IMG/VR virus record: IMGVR_UViG_3300017912_001229
Span: 1-29,612 of that record
DNA from: a virus
Taxonomy: Duplodnaviria > Caudoviricetes
Length of the DNA stretch: 29,612 bases
Strand: one strand, 5' to 3'
Part shown: in pieces, positions 1 to 9,116 of the stretch
Layout: each line of letters begins with the position of its first letter
How positions within the stretch are numbered: the stretch's first letter is position 1
Position numbers and translations under genes: made by a program
The notes under the pieces: model-generated
Told to the model about the DNA's origin: nothing
Database searches by the model: none
Seen by the model: the letters and a program-made list of their open reading frames with translations, nothing else

Positions 1-141
1 ATAGATTACTTGCTTTGTGACCCGCAATTCATTCACACATCAAAGTGATCGACTGCCGCATAACTAGGGGGATCTATGGAAAAACACGAATTTACAAAAC
101 TGTACTCGCAATGGTTCGCACTTCATCCGTTTAAAAAAAGA
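1..141. repeat. Terminal direct repeat (circular assembly overlap), copy 1
   Basis: 1-141 identical to 29472-29612; 141 nt matches a common assembler k-mer, so it signals circular closure rather than a biological LTR. Confidence 0.95.
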
Positions 142-540
142 GACTGGGAGGAACTCGGAAAGGTGCATTACCAAGCCTTCGGCAAAGAAAGCGTTGCGCT
201 GATGACCGAGGCGTTAGGTCAATTGACCGAGGAACTCGATCGCTTCCCGCTACCGAAGGACATACGGTCGAAACTTAACAAGCTGTCATCAAGCAAAACC
301 GAGGGTGGTGGAGAGAAAACCAATACCACGTCTGAGAGCGAGGAGATAGCCACCAGACTGCTAGAACATAGGCATGGTGTGCAATACGATGGGGTGACAG
401 TAAAACGCCCTGAGAACGTCCCTGCGTGGATTGAGCAGCTAGTTGATCGTATAGACAATGAACTGGGTGTCCAGTACCCACTGAAAGCCAAACTAGGTAC
501 TTTAGGATTCATGGTCGTGCAGACTGAGGGCAGACGATGA
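76..540 (+). CDS. Putative replication protein, helicase loader/inhibitor-like (lambda P / SPP1 G39P-like N-terminal helical domain)
   Basis: SD GGGGGA before ATG; N-terminal pattern (EF..LY..WFALHP...L..AL..L.EE.DRFP.PKDIR) resembles loader/G39P-type domains; follows SSB-like gene across the junction. Confidence 0.45.
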   Translation: MEKHEFTKLYSQWFALHPFKKRDWEELGKVHYQAFGKESVALMTEALGQLTEELDRFPLPKDIRSKLNKLSSSKTEGGGEKTNTTSESEEIATRLLEHRHGVQYDGVTVKRPENVPAWIEQLVDRIDNELGVQYPLKAKLGTLGFMVVQTEGRR

Positions 541-758
541 ATGATGCCGTCAAGAAATTTCTTGAAGAGGGTGGGAAGATTCAGCAGCTAGACCCTGGGA
601 TCAAACGAGACCTTAATATCTGCATGAACTGCAAGGGTGTCTTTCCATCAGAAGATCTCACGAAGGGGAGCCAGAGAAGATGCAAGAAGTGCTTGAAGAG
701 ACATACGGGTTTCAAGGAGACAGGTTCTACAGGGCCATCAAGGCGCAAGAAAAACTGA
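537..758 (+). CDS. Small zinc-finger protein (CxxC...CxxC)
   Basis: ATGA overlap with upstream stop; CMNC and CKKC motifs; FLEEGGKIQQL N-terminus typical of small phage proteins. Confidence 0.7.
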   Translation: MNDAVKKFLEEGGKIQQLDPGIKRDLNICMNCKGVFPSEDLTKGSQRRCKKCLKRHTGFKETGSTGPSRRKKN

Positions 759-952
759 GAGAGAAGTACCTGGCCTATCGGTTGGCTGAGATCACTGCGC
801 CATTTTCTGAAGCTACAAAACGGCAGATATGGGAATGGCAAAAAGAAGGTTATGGCACTCGTCGAATCGCTGACAAGCTGGGGGTGACTCAGTACAAGGT
901 CAAAGCTCTCGTTAACCGTGTTAGCTGGCCTGCCCCCACCAATCTATCTTGA
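680..952 (+). CDS. Helix-turn-helix DNA-binding protein, candidate late regulator
   Basis: GGGGAG 9 nt before ATG; C-terminal EGYGTRRIADKLGVTQYKVK is an HTH signature. Confidence 0.65.
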   Translation: MQEVLEETYGFQGDRFYRAIKAQEKLREKYLAYRLAEITAPFSEATKRQIWEWQKEGYGTRRIADKLGVTQYKVKALVNRVSWPAPTNLS

Positions 953-968
953 TGTTCCACGTGGAACT
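953..968. promoter_or_regulatory. parS: parS-like palindrome TGTTCCACGTGGAACT
   Basis: 15/16 match to the bacterial parS consensus TGTTCCACGTGGAACA; perfect 14-bp palindromic core; fills the gap between two convergent genes. Confidence 0.75.
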
Positions 969-1167
969 ATTCGCCCTCTTCGCTATCCCCGCCCTCCATC
1001 TCTTCCTTAATTTGCTGGGCATGGAACATAATGTTCTGCTCTGTCTCTTGCTGGGCAAGAATTAGTCTGACAACCTCAGACCGTAACTCCATGATCCTGT
1101 TTGCTCGGATCTTAGAATCTGCGCTCAACTCCTCTTCCGTATATTCCACACCATCAATCGTTATCAT
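967..1167 (-). CDS. Small acidic coiled-coil hypothetical protein, last gene of late operon
   Basis: SD GAGGTG; ITIDGVEY motif typical of small proteins after marine phage fibre genes. Confidence 0.75.
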   Translation of the reverse strand: MITIDGVEYTEEELSADSKIRANRIMELRSEVVRLILAQQETEQNIMFHAQQIKEEMEGGDSEEGE

Positions 1168-1179
1168 TCTTCACCTCTA

Positions 1180-1890
1180 TTAGTTTATCACTTGTACTGC
1201 TTCAACAAATACAGCGACTTCATTGGTACTACTACTCGATTTCGCTTGAAACTGAAAGTCAGTTTTCTCCGCTATCTTGAACGGAACCTGACGGTCGTAT
1301 GATACCTGACTGACTGCAAATGTCGCCTCTGCTACATGCAAGATACGACCAGTGTCTGTCGCTAATTTATTACGAACTGTGACGTACTTGCTGCCGTTGG
1401 TGGTCGCGCTGTTGAGGTCAATGCGGAACAGGTAGAGAGAGTGCCCCGCTGGTACAGTGTAAATACAGGCTTGAGTTGTGCCTAGATTCGCACCGATAAA
1501 CCCGTATGTCGTGCCACCGTTGCTGATTGAGATGTCGCCAGCATTACTGCCCGACAGAATGATCGCTGAGTTGATTCTGAGGAAACTGGCAGAGGTGGTG
1601 ACTGCAACCGTACCTGTTAGCGTGACGGTCTCACTGATCTCGTTATAGTTTGCATCCAGACCCCTCACCAAGACGCTCATAGTGTCGCTGGCGCTCGTTG
1701 AAACGAGATCCATAGTCACAGCAGAGGTGGGGAAAACGTAGTCTCCTCCGTCGTTCCAAAGCGTCTCAAACGATGTGCCGACAGTAGTATTAAAGCCAAA
1801 GATGTTGACCGCCTCGCTGTCGTACATCTTGCCTTGAGCAATATCAAACAATAGGTGGGGAGTCGGGCGCTGATAGTGATATTGATACAT
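1180..1890 (-). CDS. Hypothetical beta-rich protein, probably virion-associated
   Basis: 236 aa, SD GAGGT, Thr/Ser/Val-rich, located in tail region. Confidence 0.7.
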   Translation of the reverse strand: MYQYHYQRPTPHLLFDIAQGKMYDSEAVNIFGFNTTVGTSFETLWNDGGDYVFPTSAVTMDLVSTSASDTMSVLVRGLDANYNEISETVTLTGTVAVTTSASFLRINSAIILSGSNAGDISISNGGTTYGFIGANLGTTQACIYTVPAGHSLYLFRIDLNSATTNGSKYVTVRNKLATDTGRILHVAEATFAVSQVSYDRQVPFKIAEKTDFQFQAKSSSSTNEVAVFVEAVQVIN

Positions 1891-1897
1891 GCTTACC

Positions 1898-2362
1898 TCA
1901 AGCGAATACTTCTATGATTATGAATATAGCCCCGACTGCGATTATAGACCCAGTGATGAGAGTGAGCGTCCCAACGGCTATTTGCTGCATAAGCATCTTG
2001 CGCTGTTTCTTCTTCCTCGCTAGATACGCCATATGCTCTTTTCTCTGCTGCTCTTGGGTGGCTCTCATCTCTCTCCAGGACTGTAATAGTTCAGGATCAA
2101 GCATAGCGAGGCAGTCTTCGATGGACTTCTGCTGCCGCTCGAATGACTTTCTTATCTGCGCCAGTCTGAGCATCTCTCCAGACGATAGGGGAGTGAAGGT
2201 GGATGCCTTCTTATTCGCCTCAAAGTCATCTAGGGCTTGCAGGAAATCGGCGCACATCCCATAGAGTTGTTGGACGCCAGAGCCGGTCTCGTTTACCTTT
2301 GAAACGACCGCATTGATGGCGTTGAGCGCGGCTGAGCACGCCGCCACCGATTCCAGAATCAC
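1898..2362 (-). CDS. Hypothetical protein with coiled coil and C-terminal transmembrane helix
   Basis: Start reassigned to GTG at 2362 (GTGA overlap with upstream stop); C-terminal hydrophobic IAVGTLTLITGSIIAVGAIFIII. Confidence 0.7.
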   Translation of the reverse strand: MILESVAACSAALNAINAVVSKVNETGSGVQQLYGMCADFLQALDDFEANKKASTFTPLSSGEMLRLAQIRKSFERQQKSIEDCLAMLDPELLQSWREMRATQEQQRKEHMAYLARKKKQRKMLMQQIAVGTLTLITGSIIAVGAIFIIIEVFA

Positions 2363-2562
2363 TGGAGGTGACTCATTAAGATGGACACAACAGCAGTCGC
2401 GGCAGAAGCAACCACCAGCCACGCCAGACGCTCCCACCGCGCAGCGTGGGCATCAGTGACCTTTCGTAGCTCTCGAAGTTCAACCAATGCCTCACCCCAG
2501 CGTTGAGCACACTCAGCTTCGTGCTTAGCTATCTTCTCAAGCGCCTGCTCTGCTCTGTCCAT
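2359..2562 (-). CDS. Small coiled-coil plus single TM protein (XhlA/holin-like)
   Basis: HEAECAQRW coiled segment followed by hydrophobic C-terminus. Confidence 0.6.
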   Translation of the reverse strand: MDRAEQALEKIAKHEAECAQRWGEALVELRELRKVTDAHAARWERLAWLVVASAATAVVSILMSHLQ

Positions 2563-2577
2563 CTCTCACCCCCTAGT

Positions 2578-2886
2578 TTACCAAGGCACACCAGTAGCCG
2601 TGGCAGGTGTGATTTGCGCGTCAATGTTAGCTTGTAGTGATGCTTCGATAGCGTCTTGGTCTACTTCTGCTTGAACCCATCCAATCACGTCAGCTTCAGT
2701 TAGGTCATCATAAGCTATGTAATCCTCAGAGGAGGGGTCTGGGGTGAATCCACAAGTTCCATAGCTAGAAGCAGTGTAGGTGTTCTCACCCACAGTTTCA
2801 GTTTCAGTAACTCGCCAGTGGGCTACGATAACCCCTTGGTCTGAGTCTGTGTTTCGTTCTAGTGTTGCAATAGTCCATGTAGCCAT
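2578..2886 (-). CDS. Tail-fibre-associated small protein
   Basis: SD AGGAG; WTIATLER...VIVAHWRV...YDDLTEADVIGWV...GVPW motif set common downstream of marine phage fibres. Confidence 0.75.
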   Translation of the reverse strand: MATWTIATLERNTDSDQGVIVAHWRVTETETVGENTYTASSYGTCGFTPDPSSEDYIAYDDLTEADVIGWVQAEVDQDAIEASLQANIDAQITPATATGVPW

Positions 2887-2897
2887 TTTAGTTCTCC

Positions 2898-4649
2898 TTA
2901 AATTGCTGCGATGATGAAAGCTAGTAAGTTTTCATAACAGATACCCAAACGGGTTTGTTCATTACCATCGTCATCAGTAAATGTGTCTGCACGATAAACT
3001 TGATAGTCGTTAGCGTCTAAACCTTCAGCGGTAAACGCAGCAGCTAGGTCTTGTGCAATAATTCCAAAGTGTATGTTGGCACTGTCGCCTTCTGCGGCTA
3101 CTGTATCTATAAACCTAAACGCCTTTAGTAAGCCTTTAGCTGCAACCGCTACATTGCGTTCTGCGTCCGTTAAGTCACGAATGTCTTGTTTCAGGTTGCG
3201 GTCAGATGTACTGATTGTTGAGCCGCTGCGGTAAAGGTCTTTGAAGCGTCTAGTTGAGTCACCTAAGTCAATAGCCGCATCCCTAGCTGCACCGCTACCA
3301 TCGCAAGGTCTAATTTGGTCTGCTGTTCCGTTGAGTTGTAAGCCTGTATCTCCACCAGCAACGTAAAGCTGACTTGCAACAGCACCAATACTACCGACTA
3401 TGTTGCCTGCCTTATAAAACTCAAGCATGCTTCCGTCAGTGTCTATGCTGTTTAAAGCTAAAGTTGAAGCGTCTCCAGCGTCACTTTGTATCTCCAGCTT
3501 TGCAGTAGTGAAGGCTGAAGTACGATTGACCAACAAGTTGCCGCCAGAGATGCGCATAGCTTCAGAGCCGTTGGTATCAAAAGTTAAAAAGCCATTGCCA
3601 CTCCCGTCCAGCTCGCAAATAATATCTGCTTCAGATGTGCTTCCAGAGAGAAACCGTAATGCTCCTAGTTGAGTTGAGTTGGCTCCAGTCGCTCCTCTCA
3701 GCTCTAACAAGCCTCTATTGGTTCCTGATATAGTTAAAGCACTAGCATTTGCGTCATAACCGCTTACATTAGGACTGCTAGTGCCAATACCCACGTTGCC
3801 GCCATCTTGGTTAAGAATTACATTATTGCCTTGTCGATTAATATGAAGCGGCTTGCTATTAAAACTTTGCAGTTCCGCTATTGATGCGCTGGAATCAAGT
3901 GCTAGGTCTGATGCCGACCCGCCAGAACCTTCCAACTGTAGAGCAAAACCTGAGACATTTGCGGTTTGGCCCAATAAAAAACGCCCAAGGCTGTCGATGC
4001 GCATGGCTTCGGAAGCAGCAGAACCCCCGCCACCACCAGTTAGCACTCTAAATTCACCAGTACCAGCGGATGCACCATAAGCCCTAAGTGTAAAAATGTT
4101 TGACTCATATCCAGCAGTGCCGGCGTTTGTTTGGTGAGTCGCTAAAGAACCTTTAAAAATAACACCGCCGCTTGAGTCGATGGTTACTCTGTCAGCAGTG
4201 TTGTAAAAATTTAAATTATTGCTAGAAGTCTTTTGATAAACATACCAATCATTACCGCTTGTTCCACCACGAAGACGTAAACCAACTTCTCCTTGGGATT
4301 GAGTGCCTCTAGCAATACTTGCGTAGGCATTTCCACTGCTGTCCAGAACGTGTAAAGCATCTGAAGGAATGCTAGTACCAATACCGACCCTGTTATTAGT
4401 TGCATCTACAACCAGTGTGGTGGTGTCTACAAGCAAGCTGGCAGCAGTCAGAGAGCCAGTCGTACTGATGTTGTTCGTCACATTCCAGTTGGAACCATCA
4501 ACCCGCGCCATCTCGAACCCACCTGCCGTGGAGCCGTCATTGACATGCACTGAGTCATTGGTGGTGTTAACGACTATCTCGCCCTCTGCACCTGTGAATG
4601 CGGCTACCTGTGAACTGGTGCCACGTCTGATCTGTAATTGTGTAGCCAT
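2898..4649 (-). CDS. Tail fibre / receptor-binding protein with Mtd_N-like N-terminus and C-terminal S74 intramolecular chaperone
   Basis: N-term LQIRRGT...GAEGEIVVNT; repeated RVGIGTSSP and EAMRIDS fibre motifs; C-term TSDRNLKQDI...HFGIIAQDL...LGICYENL. Confidence 0.88.
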   Translation of the reverse strand: MATQLQIRRGTSSQVAAFTGAEGEIVVNTTNDSVHVNDGSTAGGFEMARVDGSNWNVTNNISTTGSLTAASLLVDTTTLVVDATNNRVGIGTSIPSDALHVLDSSGNAYASIARGTQSQGEVGLRLRGGTSGNDWYVYQKTSSNNLNFYNTADRVTIDSSGGVIFKGSLATHQTNAGTAGYESNIFTLRAYGASAGTGEFRVLTGGGGGSAASEAMRIDSLGRFLLGQTANVSGFALQLEGSGGSASDLALDSSASIAELQSFNSKPLHINRQGNNVILNQDGGNVGIGTSSPNVSGYDANASALTISGTNRGLLELRGATGANSTQLGALRFLSGSTSEADIICELDGSGNGFLTFDTNGSEAMRISGGNLLVNRTSAFTTAKLEIQSDAGDASTLALNSIDTDGSMLEFYKAGNIVGSIGAVASQLYVAGGDTGLQLNGTADQIRPCDGSGAARDAAIDLGDSTRRFKDLYRSGSTISTSDRNLKQDIRDLTDAERNVAVAAKGLLKAFRFIDTVAAEGDSANIHFGIIAQDLAAAFTAEGLDANDYQVYRADTFTDDDGNEQTRLGICYENLLAFIIAAI

Positions 4650-4652
4650 TTT

Positions 4653-7600
4653 TTACCTCTTCAATTCCGTTACGACCATGTGCTGCTCTGTAAGAAACAT
4701 AGTGTTAGCTGTTGAATCTACTCTTGCCTGCAAAGTAATCGTCTTAGTTACAGGGCTGGACGTTGTGTTCTCAACCCGCTCTATGAACGTGCCAACCCCC
4801 TCCAGCGTTGTTCCCACTACAGCATGTTTGACTTGACGTAGTGTGGATGCTCCATCCTTCAACAGTGTCCGGCCTCGTAGCGTACTAGAACTAGCCCTAG
4901 TCAACTCGAACTCATACGAAACCATGATTATAACTGAACCGTTGGCAGGTACTGTGACGCTTTTACTCAATCCAGTGTCGGTGAATGAGGTTGAGGTGAT
5001 TAGGATATTTAAAGCCGTTGCTACAGAGCTGTCAGTGACCGCATTAGTGCTGATCTGGGCTGTATTAACCCCTCCCGTCTTGATGACGAGATTGTCACCG
5101 TCCGTATCGAGCGTGATCCCATCAATTTTGAGCTTGTTGGCCTCAATCGTATCCGCTGAAATTTTACTGCCGGTGATAGCTCCGGCAACGATGTTTGAAC
5201 TTTGGATGAATTCAAACGAACCGATTGCAGAAACGACTGCCGAGGTTGTTATGGATGAGCTTTGAATCGCACCAATGACAGCAGAGTCGGCGAATATCTG
5301 AGACGTGTCGAGTTGGGTTGTGGTAATCGTGTTCGCCGCTATCTCTGATGCCGTCACCGCGTTAGCTGCGATGGCATTTGCAGTCACGGAATCCGCTGCT
5401 AGTTTGACTGCACTGATAGAGCCGCTAGCAATCTTATCAGCGACCACGGCTCCGGCCTGAATGGATGCTGTCGAGATTTGACCCGAATTGATGTTCGTCG
5501 CTTGCACCTGACCAAATACTTGAGTGGCAAGGTTCACTTGGTCATCAAGGTCTGCTGCTGAAATCGCCTTTGTCCACGCCGTCCCACTGTAGCGGTATAG
5601 CTTGGAGTCGGTGGTTAGCATAACCACTCGCCCTGTGGTCAGGTTTGTAGTCGGTAATGTACCCACCCTCTCTATTGGTCTAATCGTATCGCTGAATAGG
5701 TTTTCACCCAAAGTGCCCGATAAGTCAGCGGTGGTTACTAGCGTTGTGAACTCTGGAACCGATGAGTCGTAGCGGTATAGCTTCTTGTCTGTAGTTAAGA
5801 AAACAACCGATGGGCCTGTGTATCCCGTGGGAGACGGCAAACTATTAACCGCCGAAATAGGTTCAACACCAGACGCAAACGAAGCGGCAGTGATGGAGCC
5901 TGGGTCTACTGTTGAGGCTGTAAAGATGTCCTCAGACCAAGCAGAACCTGTCCAGACGAACAAAGTGTTGGTGGTGGTAAGTAGTTTAACTTGTCCCACA
6001 TGGTCGCCAGTAACGCCTGTCAGGGTGCTTACCGGCTCAATACCAAACGCATCACCTGCGGAAAACTGGTCTAGCACTGATTGAGCTAGGTCATCTAATA
6101 CAACCTTTTGAGTTGTAGCACTGAAAGAAGCACTAAAACCCGAAAGGTTGCCTGAGCGGTCAGCACTTCTCAAAAAGTAGTATCGAGTGACGTTATTGCC
6201 TAGCCCTGTGACTGTGTGCTGATCCGACTTGGTACGAACAATCAGGCTTGAGGTGGCAAGGTTGTCTACAGTGTTCTCGAATATCTCGACGTAAGCTAAG
6301 TCGGAATCAGATGGCAGTTCGTAGTCGAGCTTTATCTGTTGGATGCCACCAGTCGCCACAATGCTGCCTGGGATAGCTGGGGCGGTCTGGTCGCCCTGTA
6401 ACACTATCGACGCGGTAATGAAGCCAGACGTTCTGCCGGTTACTGTGACCGCCCTCACCCTAAAGGTGTGTTCTTCTAGCTCTTTCTGGCCTGCGATTGT
6501 CGTGCTGGTTCCGTATACCAGAACAGATGAGAACTCAGCGCCAGGATCAGTGACAGCCTCATTCACACCACCGTAGTTCAGTTCGAGAGTAGTAGCGTCT
6601 GCTACAGAGCCGTAATCAATGGTCGCGGTATAGGAGTCTGTGACTTGCCCATAGTCAATCTGACTGGCAGATGTTCGCTTGAACTCTACCTCGTAGGCGT
6701 TGACATATGTATTGACCACGGGCGCAGTCCAAGCCACACGGACAGCAGGTAGAACCGCGCCATCGTTACCTAGAACCGTTGTCTCTGTGAGCGTGAGGTT
6801 ACTGGGTGCTTCTTGCGCTGGGGTATCGTCAACGATGTCTGAGTAGTCAGGATTGTTAGGCCCAACGGTCTGCACGATGTTTGATGTGTCGTTGTCTGGG
6901 TTTCTGTCCGAGACAATGAATGTGCTGCTTGTGTTCTTATCACCAGCGTAGGCAAAAGCCCTAATCCAGTAGTAACGAGTGTCACCGACCGATACGGGGT
7001 CTATCGGGTTCGCACCATCGTGGAAAAACTGCGTTCCTCTGGTCTCACCGATTAGCTGCGCATTCGACCAAGATGAATCTGCCGAAGCGTAAATAGCTAT
7101 AGTCTCAAACAGTTTGGGGTTGCTGGGATTCGTCCAGTTTAACTCGATGTGCTTGAGACCAGCCGTCGCGGATAAGTTCTGTGGGTCAGGTACACCACGG
7201 AACCCCTGAGTAATAACACCCGATGCAGATATGGTGCTGTACTCTCCCGCAGTAGGGTCTGCATACGAACCAGAGTCATCCTCTAAGAGAGTGAGGTTAA
7301 CAACACCGTCTTGAGTGTCTGAGAATGACCAGCCAGCGCAACGGAATACCTTGTTGCTATAGTTCAATTCCTCGATGGTAACTTGAACCCTGTCCCCAAC
7401 GTCCACACGAAGCCCTGTGAGGTTTGCTGGGAAGGTGATGACCTTCTGCTGGTCTGATAGCTGGATCTGCTTGTGAGCGATTCTCTGGGCCATGAAGCTA
7501 CTGTTTGTAAACGGTAACTGTATGTCCCTTGTTAAAACCTCACCATTATCTCGGCTAACTGCACTTGTAAGCTGTACTTCTGGAGCCTCAACGCTTTTGT

Positions 7601-8744
7601 GTCTTTGGGAGGGGTCAATAAATATCGGGCGCACTGTGTTAAAACGGTCACCGCGCTCCACCGATGTCTTAACCGTGACTGCTCCTGCAAGGTCATCTTC
7701 ATCGAGGCTTTCCGTGGGGGCTTCATAGATTCCTGCTCGAATTGTGTATATACCATTTGAATATACTAGGCTGCCGTTCATCGCAGACAGCAATTTGTTG
7801 ATATTCGTTCTGTGTGTGTCACCAGCGAAGAGCACACCGTTAGCGGTAAATCGCTTCTCTGTTCCACTGTTAGGAACAGTGACTGTCACATCACAAGCGT
7901 CTGCCGCCGTAACCACTGCCGCCCAGTCAATCTTGCTTGCAGGGATGCTCAAACCGAATCTGGTGTCTGTTAGATAGTTAGCAACACACAGAGCGGGGTT
8001 ATCAGTCCATTGCTGGTACACCCCTAGAGTAGGGTTATCGCCTGCCGTATTACCCGCTGCAACGTCCAAGCGTGGGTCATAGATGTCCTTTTTACCCTTA
8101 ACCAGCGCCTTTATGTTGTTTGGCTTGAGTCTGTCCCAAACTTCTTGGGATGAGTCGGTCAGCTTCCATTGCGTGACCACATAAGAGATACCCCTCGCCC
8201 TATGGGATGATGTCCAGTCGTTAAACGTGGATGTGAGTAACGAGCTAGATACTTGAGTGCTTGAGCCGGTCTTGCGCTCAATCAAACAGATATATTCTGA
8301 AGGCGCTTCTGATGTAGGGCCGAACTCCCCCCCCGTCACCTGCGCCAATTGATTAATTTGTGCGTCGGTTATCACCTCATTGTCGAAGTGAATATCCGTG
8401 ATGTCATCAACCTCGTGCCCAGTCAAAGCTACAGCGTGATATAGCGTATTGTTATCCGTGCCCGCAACCCCGACGAAGAATATAGGGCCAGAGACTAGCG
8501 CCTCACCATAGACGAGCTTCTGTGGCTCAATCGTTCCTCGGACGGTCTGCTGTCGTGACCGATCAGTGTCCACTTGCGGCATGGACATATCTGGCAAAAG
8601 CGCCCTCGCCGCAGCAATAGATCCGCCGACAACCACCGCAGTCGCCGCAGCTAATGCAATTGTGCCAGCCGCAGCGCTCCCCACGCCAACCGTCATCAAG
8701 GCGACCTCAATAATGCCAGCGATAAAGCCTATAACTTGTGCCAT
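4653..8744 (-). CDS. Central tail fibre / tip attachment protein (gpJ-like) with FN3 domains and repeat-rich C-terminus
   Basis: 1363 aa after NlpC/P60 gene; YGEALVSG, VKGKK.IYDPR, WTDNPALC.ANYLTD.RFG, VGDRVQVT motifs; FN3-like YYWIRA and FRVRAV segments. Confidence 0.88.
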   Translation of the reverse strand: MAQVIGFIAGIIEVALMTVGVGSAAAGTIALAAATAVVVGGSIAAARALLPDMSMPQVDTDRSRQQTVRGTIEPQKLVYGEALVSGPIFFVGVAGTDNNTLYHAVALTGHEVDDITDIHFDNEVITDAQINQLAQVTGGEFGPTSEAPSEYICLIERKTGSSTQVSSSLLTSTFNDWTSSHRARGISYVVTQWKLTDSSQEVWDRLKPNNIKALVKGKKDIYDPRLDVAAGNTAGDNPTLGVYQQWTDNPALCVANYLTDTRFGLSIPASKIDWAAVVTAADACDVTVTVPNSGTEKRFTANGVLFAGDTHRTNINKLLSAMNGSLVYSNGIYTIRAGIYEAPTESLDEDDLAGAVTVKTSVERGDRFNTVRPIFIDPSQRHKSVEAPEVQLTSAVSRDNGEVLTRDIQLPFTNSSFMAQRIAHKQIQLSDQQKVITFPANLTGLRVDVGDRVQVTIEELNYSNKVFRCAGWSFSDTQDGVVNLTLLEDDSGSYADPTAGEYSTISASGVITQGFRGVPDPQNLSATAGLKHIELNWTNPSNPKLFETIAIYASADSSWSNAQLIGETRGTQFFHDGANPIDPVSVGDTRYYWIRAFAYAGDKNTSSTFIVSDRNPDNDTSNIVQTVGPNNPDYSDIVDDTPAQEAPSNLTLTETTVLGNDGAVLPAVRVAWTAPVVNTYVNAYEVEFKRTSASQIDYGQVTDSYTATIDYGSVADATTLELNYGGVNEAVTDPGAEFSSVLVYGTSTTIAGQKELEEHTFRVRAVTVTGRTSGFITASIVLQGDQTAPAIPGSIVATGGIQQIKLDYELPSDSDLAYVEIFENTVDNLATSSLIVRTKSDQHTVTGLGNNVTRYYFLRSADRSGNLSGFSASFSATTQKVVLDDLAQSVLDQFSAGDAFGIEPVSTLTGVTGDHVGQVKLLTTTNTLFVWTGSAWSEDIFTASTVDPGSITAASFASGVEPISAVNSLPSPTGYTGPSVVFLTTDKKLYRYDSSVPEFTTLVTTADLSGTLGENLFSDTIRPIERVGTLPTTNLTTGRVVMLTTDSKLYRYSGTAWTKAISAADLDDQVNLATQVFGQVQATNINSGQISTASIQAGAVVADKIASGSISAVKLAADSVTANAIAANAVTASEIAANTITTTQLDTSQIFADSAVIGAIQSSSITTSAVVSAIGSFEFIQSSNIVAGAITGSKISADTIEANKLKIDGITLDTDGDNLVIKTGGVNTAQISTNAVTDSSVATALNILITSTSFTDTGLSKSVTVPANGSVIIMVSYEFELTRASSSTLRGRTLLKDGASTLRQVKHAVVGTTLEGVGTFIERVENTTSSPVTKTITLQARVDSTANTMFLTEQHMVVTELKR
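5572..6045 (-). repeat. Three ~50-aa internal repeats in central fibre (I.PV..L...G.V..LTT..LY.Y.G..W)
   Basis: LTTTNTLFVWTGSAW, LTTDKKLYRYDSS, LTTDSKLYRYSGTAW; DNA TAGCGGTATAGCTT shared near 5590 and 5770. Confidence 0.75.
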
Positions 8745-9116
8745 TTATACGCTCCAGCCTGCTAGTAAATAGCGATCTGGTATCCGCACCATCCCCTTCT
8801 CCGTCAGGCACACAATTTTATCGGACAGCTTGATGCCGCAAACTTGACCGGCTATAGGGATGTCTACGACACAAGGATCACCGTCCTTCAGGTCAGAACT
8901 CGCCTTGCCTAACACGCTGGCAATAAAGTCCACTAATTCTCCCTCACGTCCGACGATAAGCTCCGCCTCCGCCTCACTTGTGTATTCAAACTGCGAGGAA
9001 TAGTCCCTGCCGGTCAGTTCTTTAACCACAAAAGCAGTAAATTGGCAGCAGTCTGCGTCGCCATACTTGAACTGACGGCGCTGCCACTTATTAAGTGCTA
9101 AATGAACCCGCATCAC
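8745..9116 (-). CDS. NlpC/P60-like tail assembly protein (DUF6950-like)
   Basis: FKYGDADCCQF motif, LKDGD; position between hub and tip genes. Confidence 0.75.
   Translation of the reverse strand: MMRVHLALNKWQRRQFKYGDADCCQFTAFVVKELTGRDYSSQFEYTSEAEAELIVGREGELVDFIASVLGKASSDLKDGDPCVVDIPIAGQVCGIKLSDKIVCLTEKGMVRIPDRYLLAGWSV

Noticed and set aside
2898-4649. Diversity-generating retroelement implied by Mtd_N-like domain
   Set aside because: No reverse transcriptase and no TR/VR repeat pair seen; the fibre ends in an S74 chaperone
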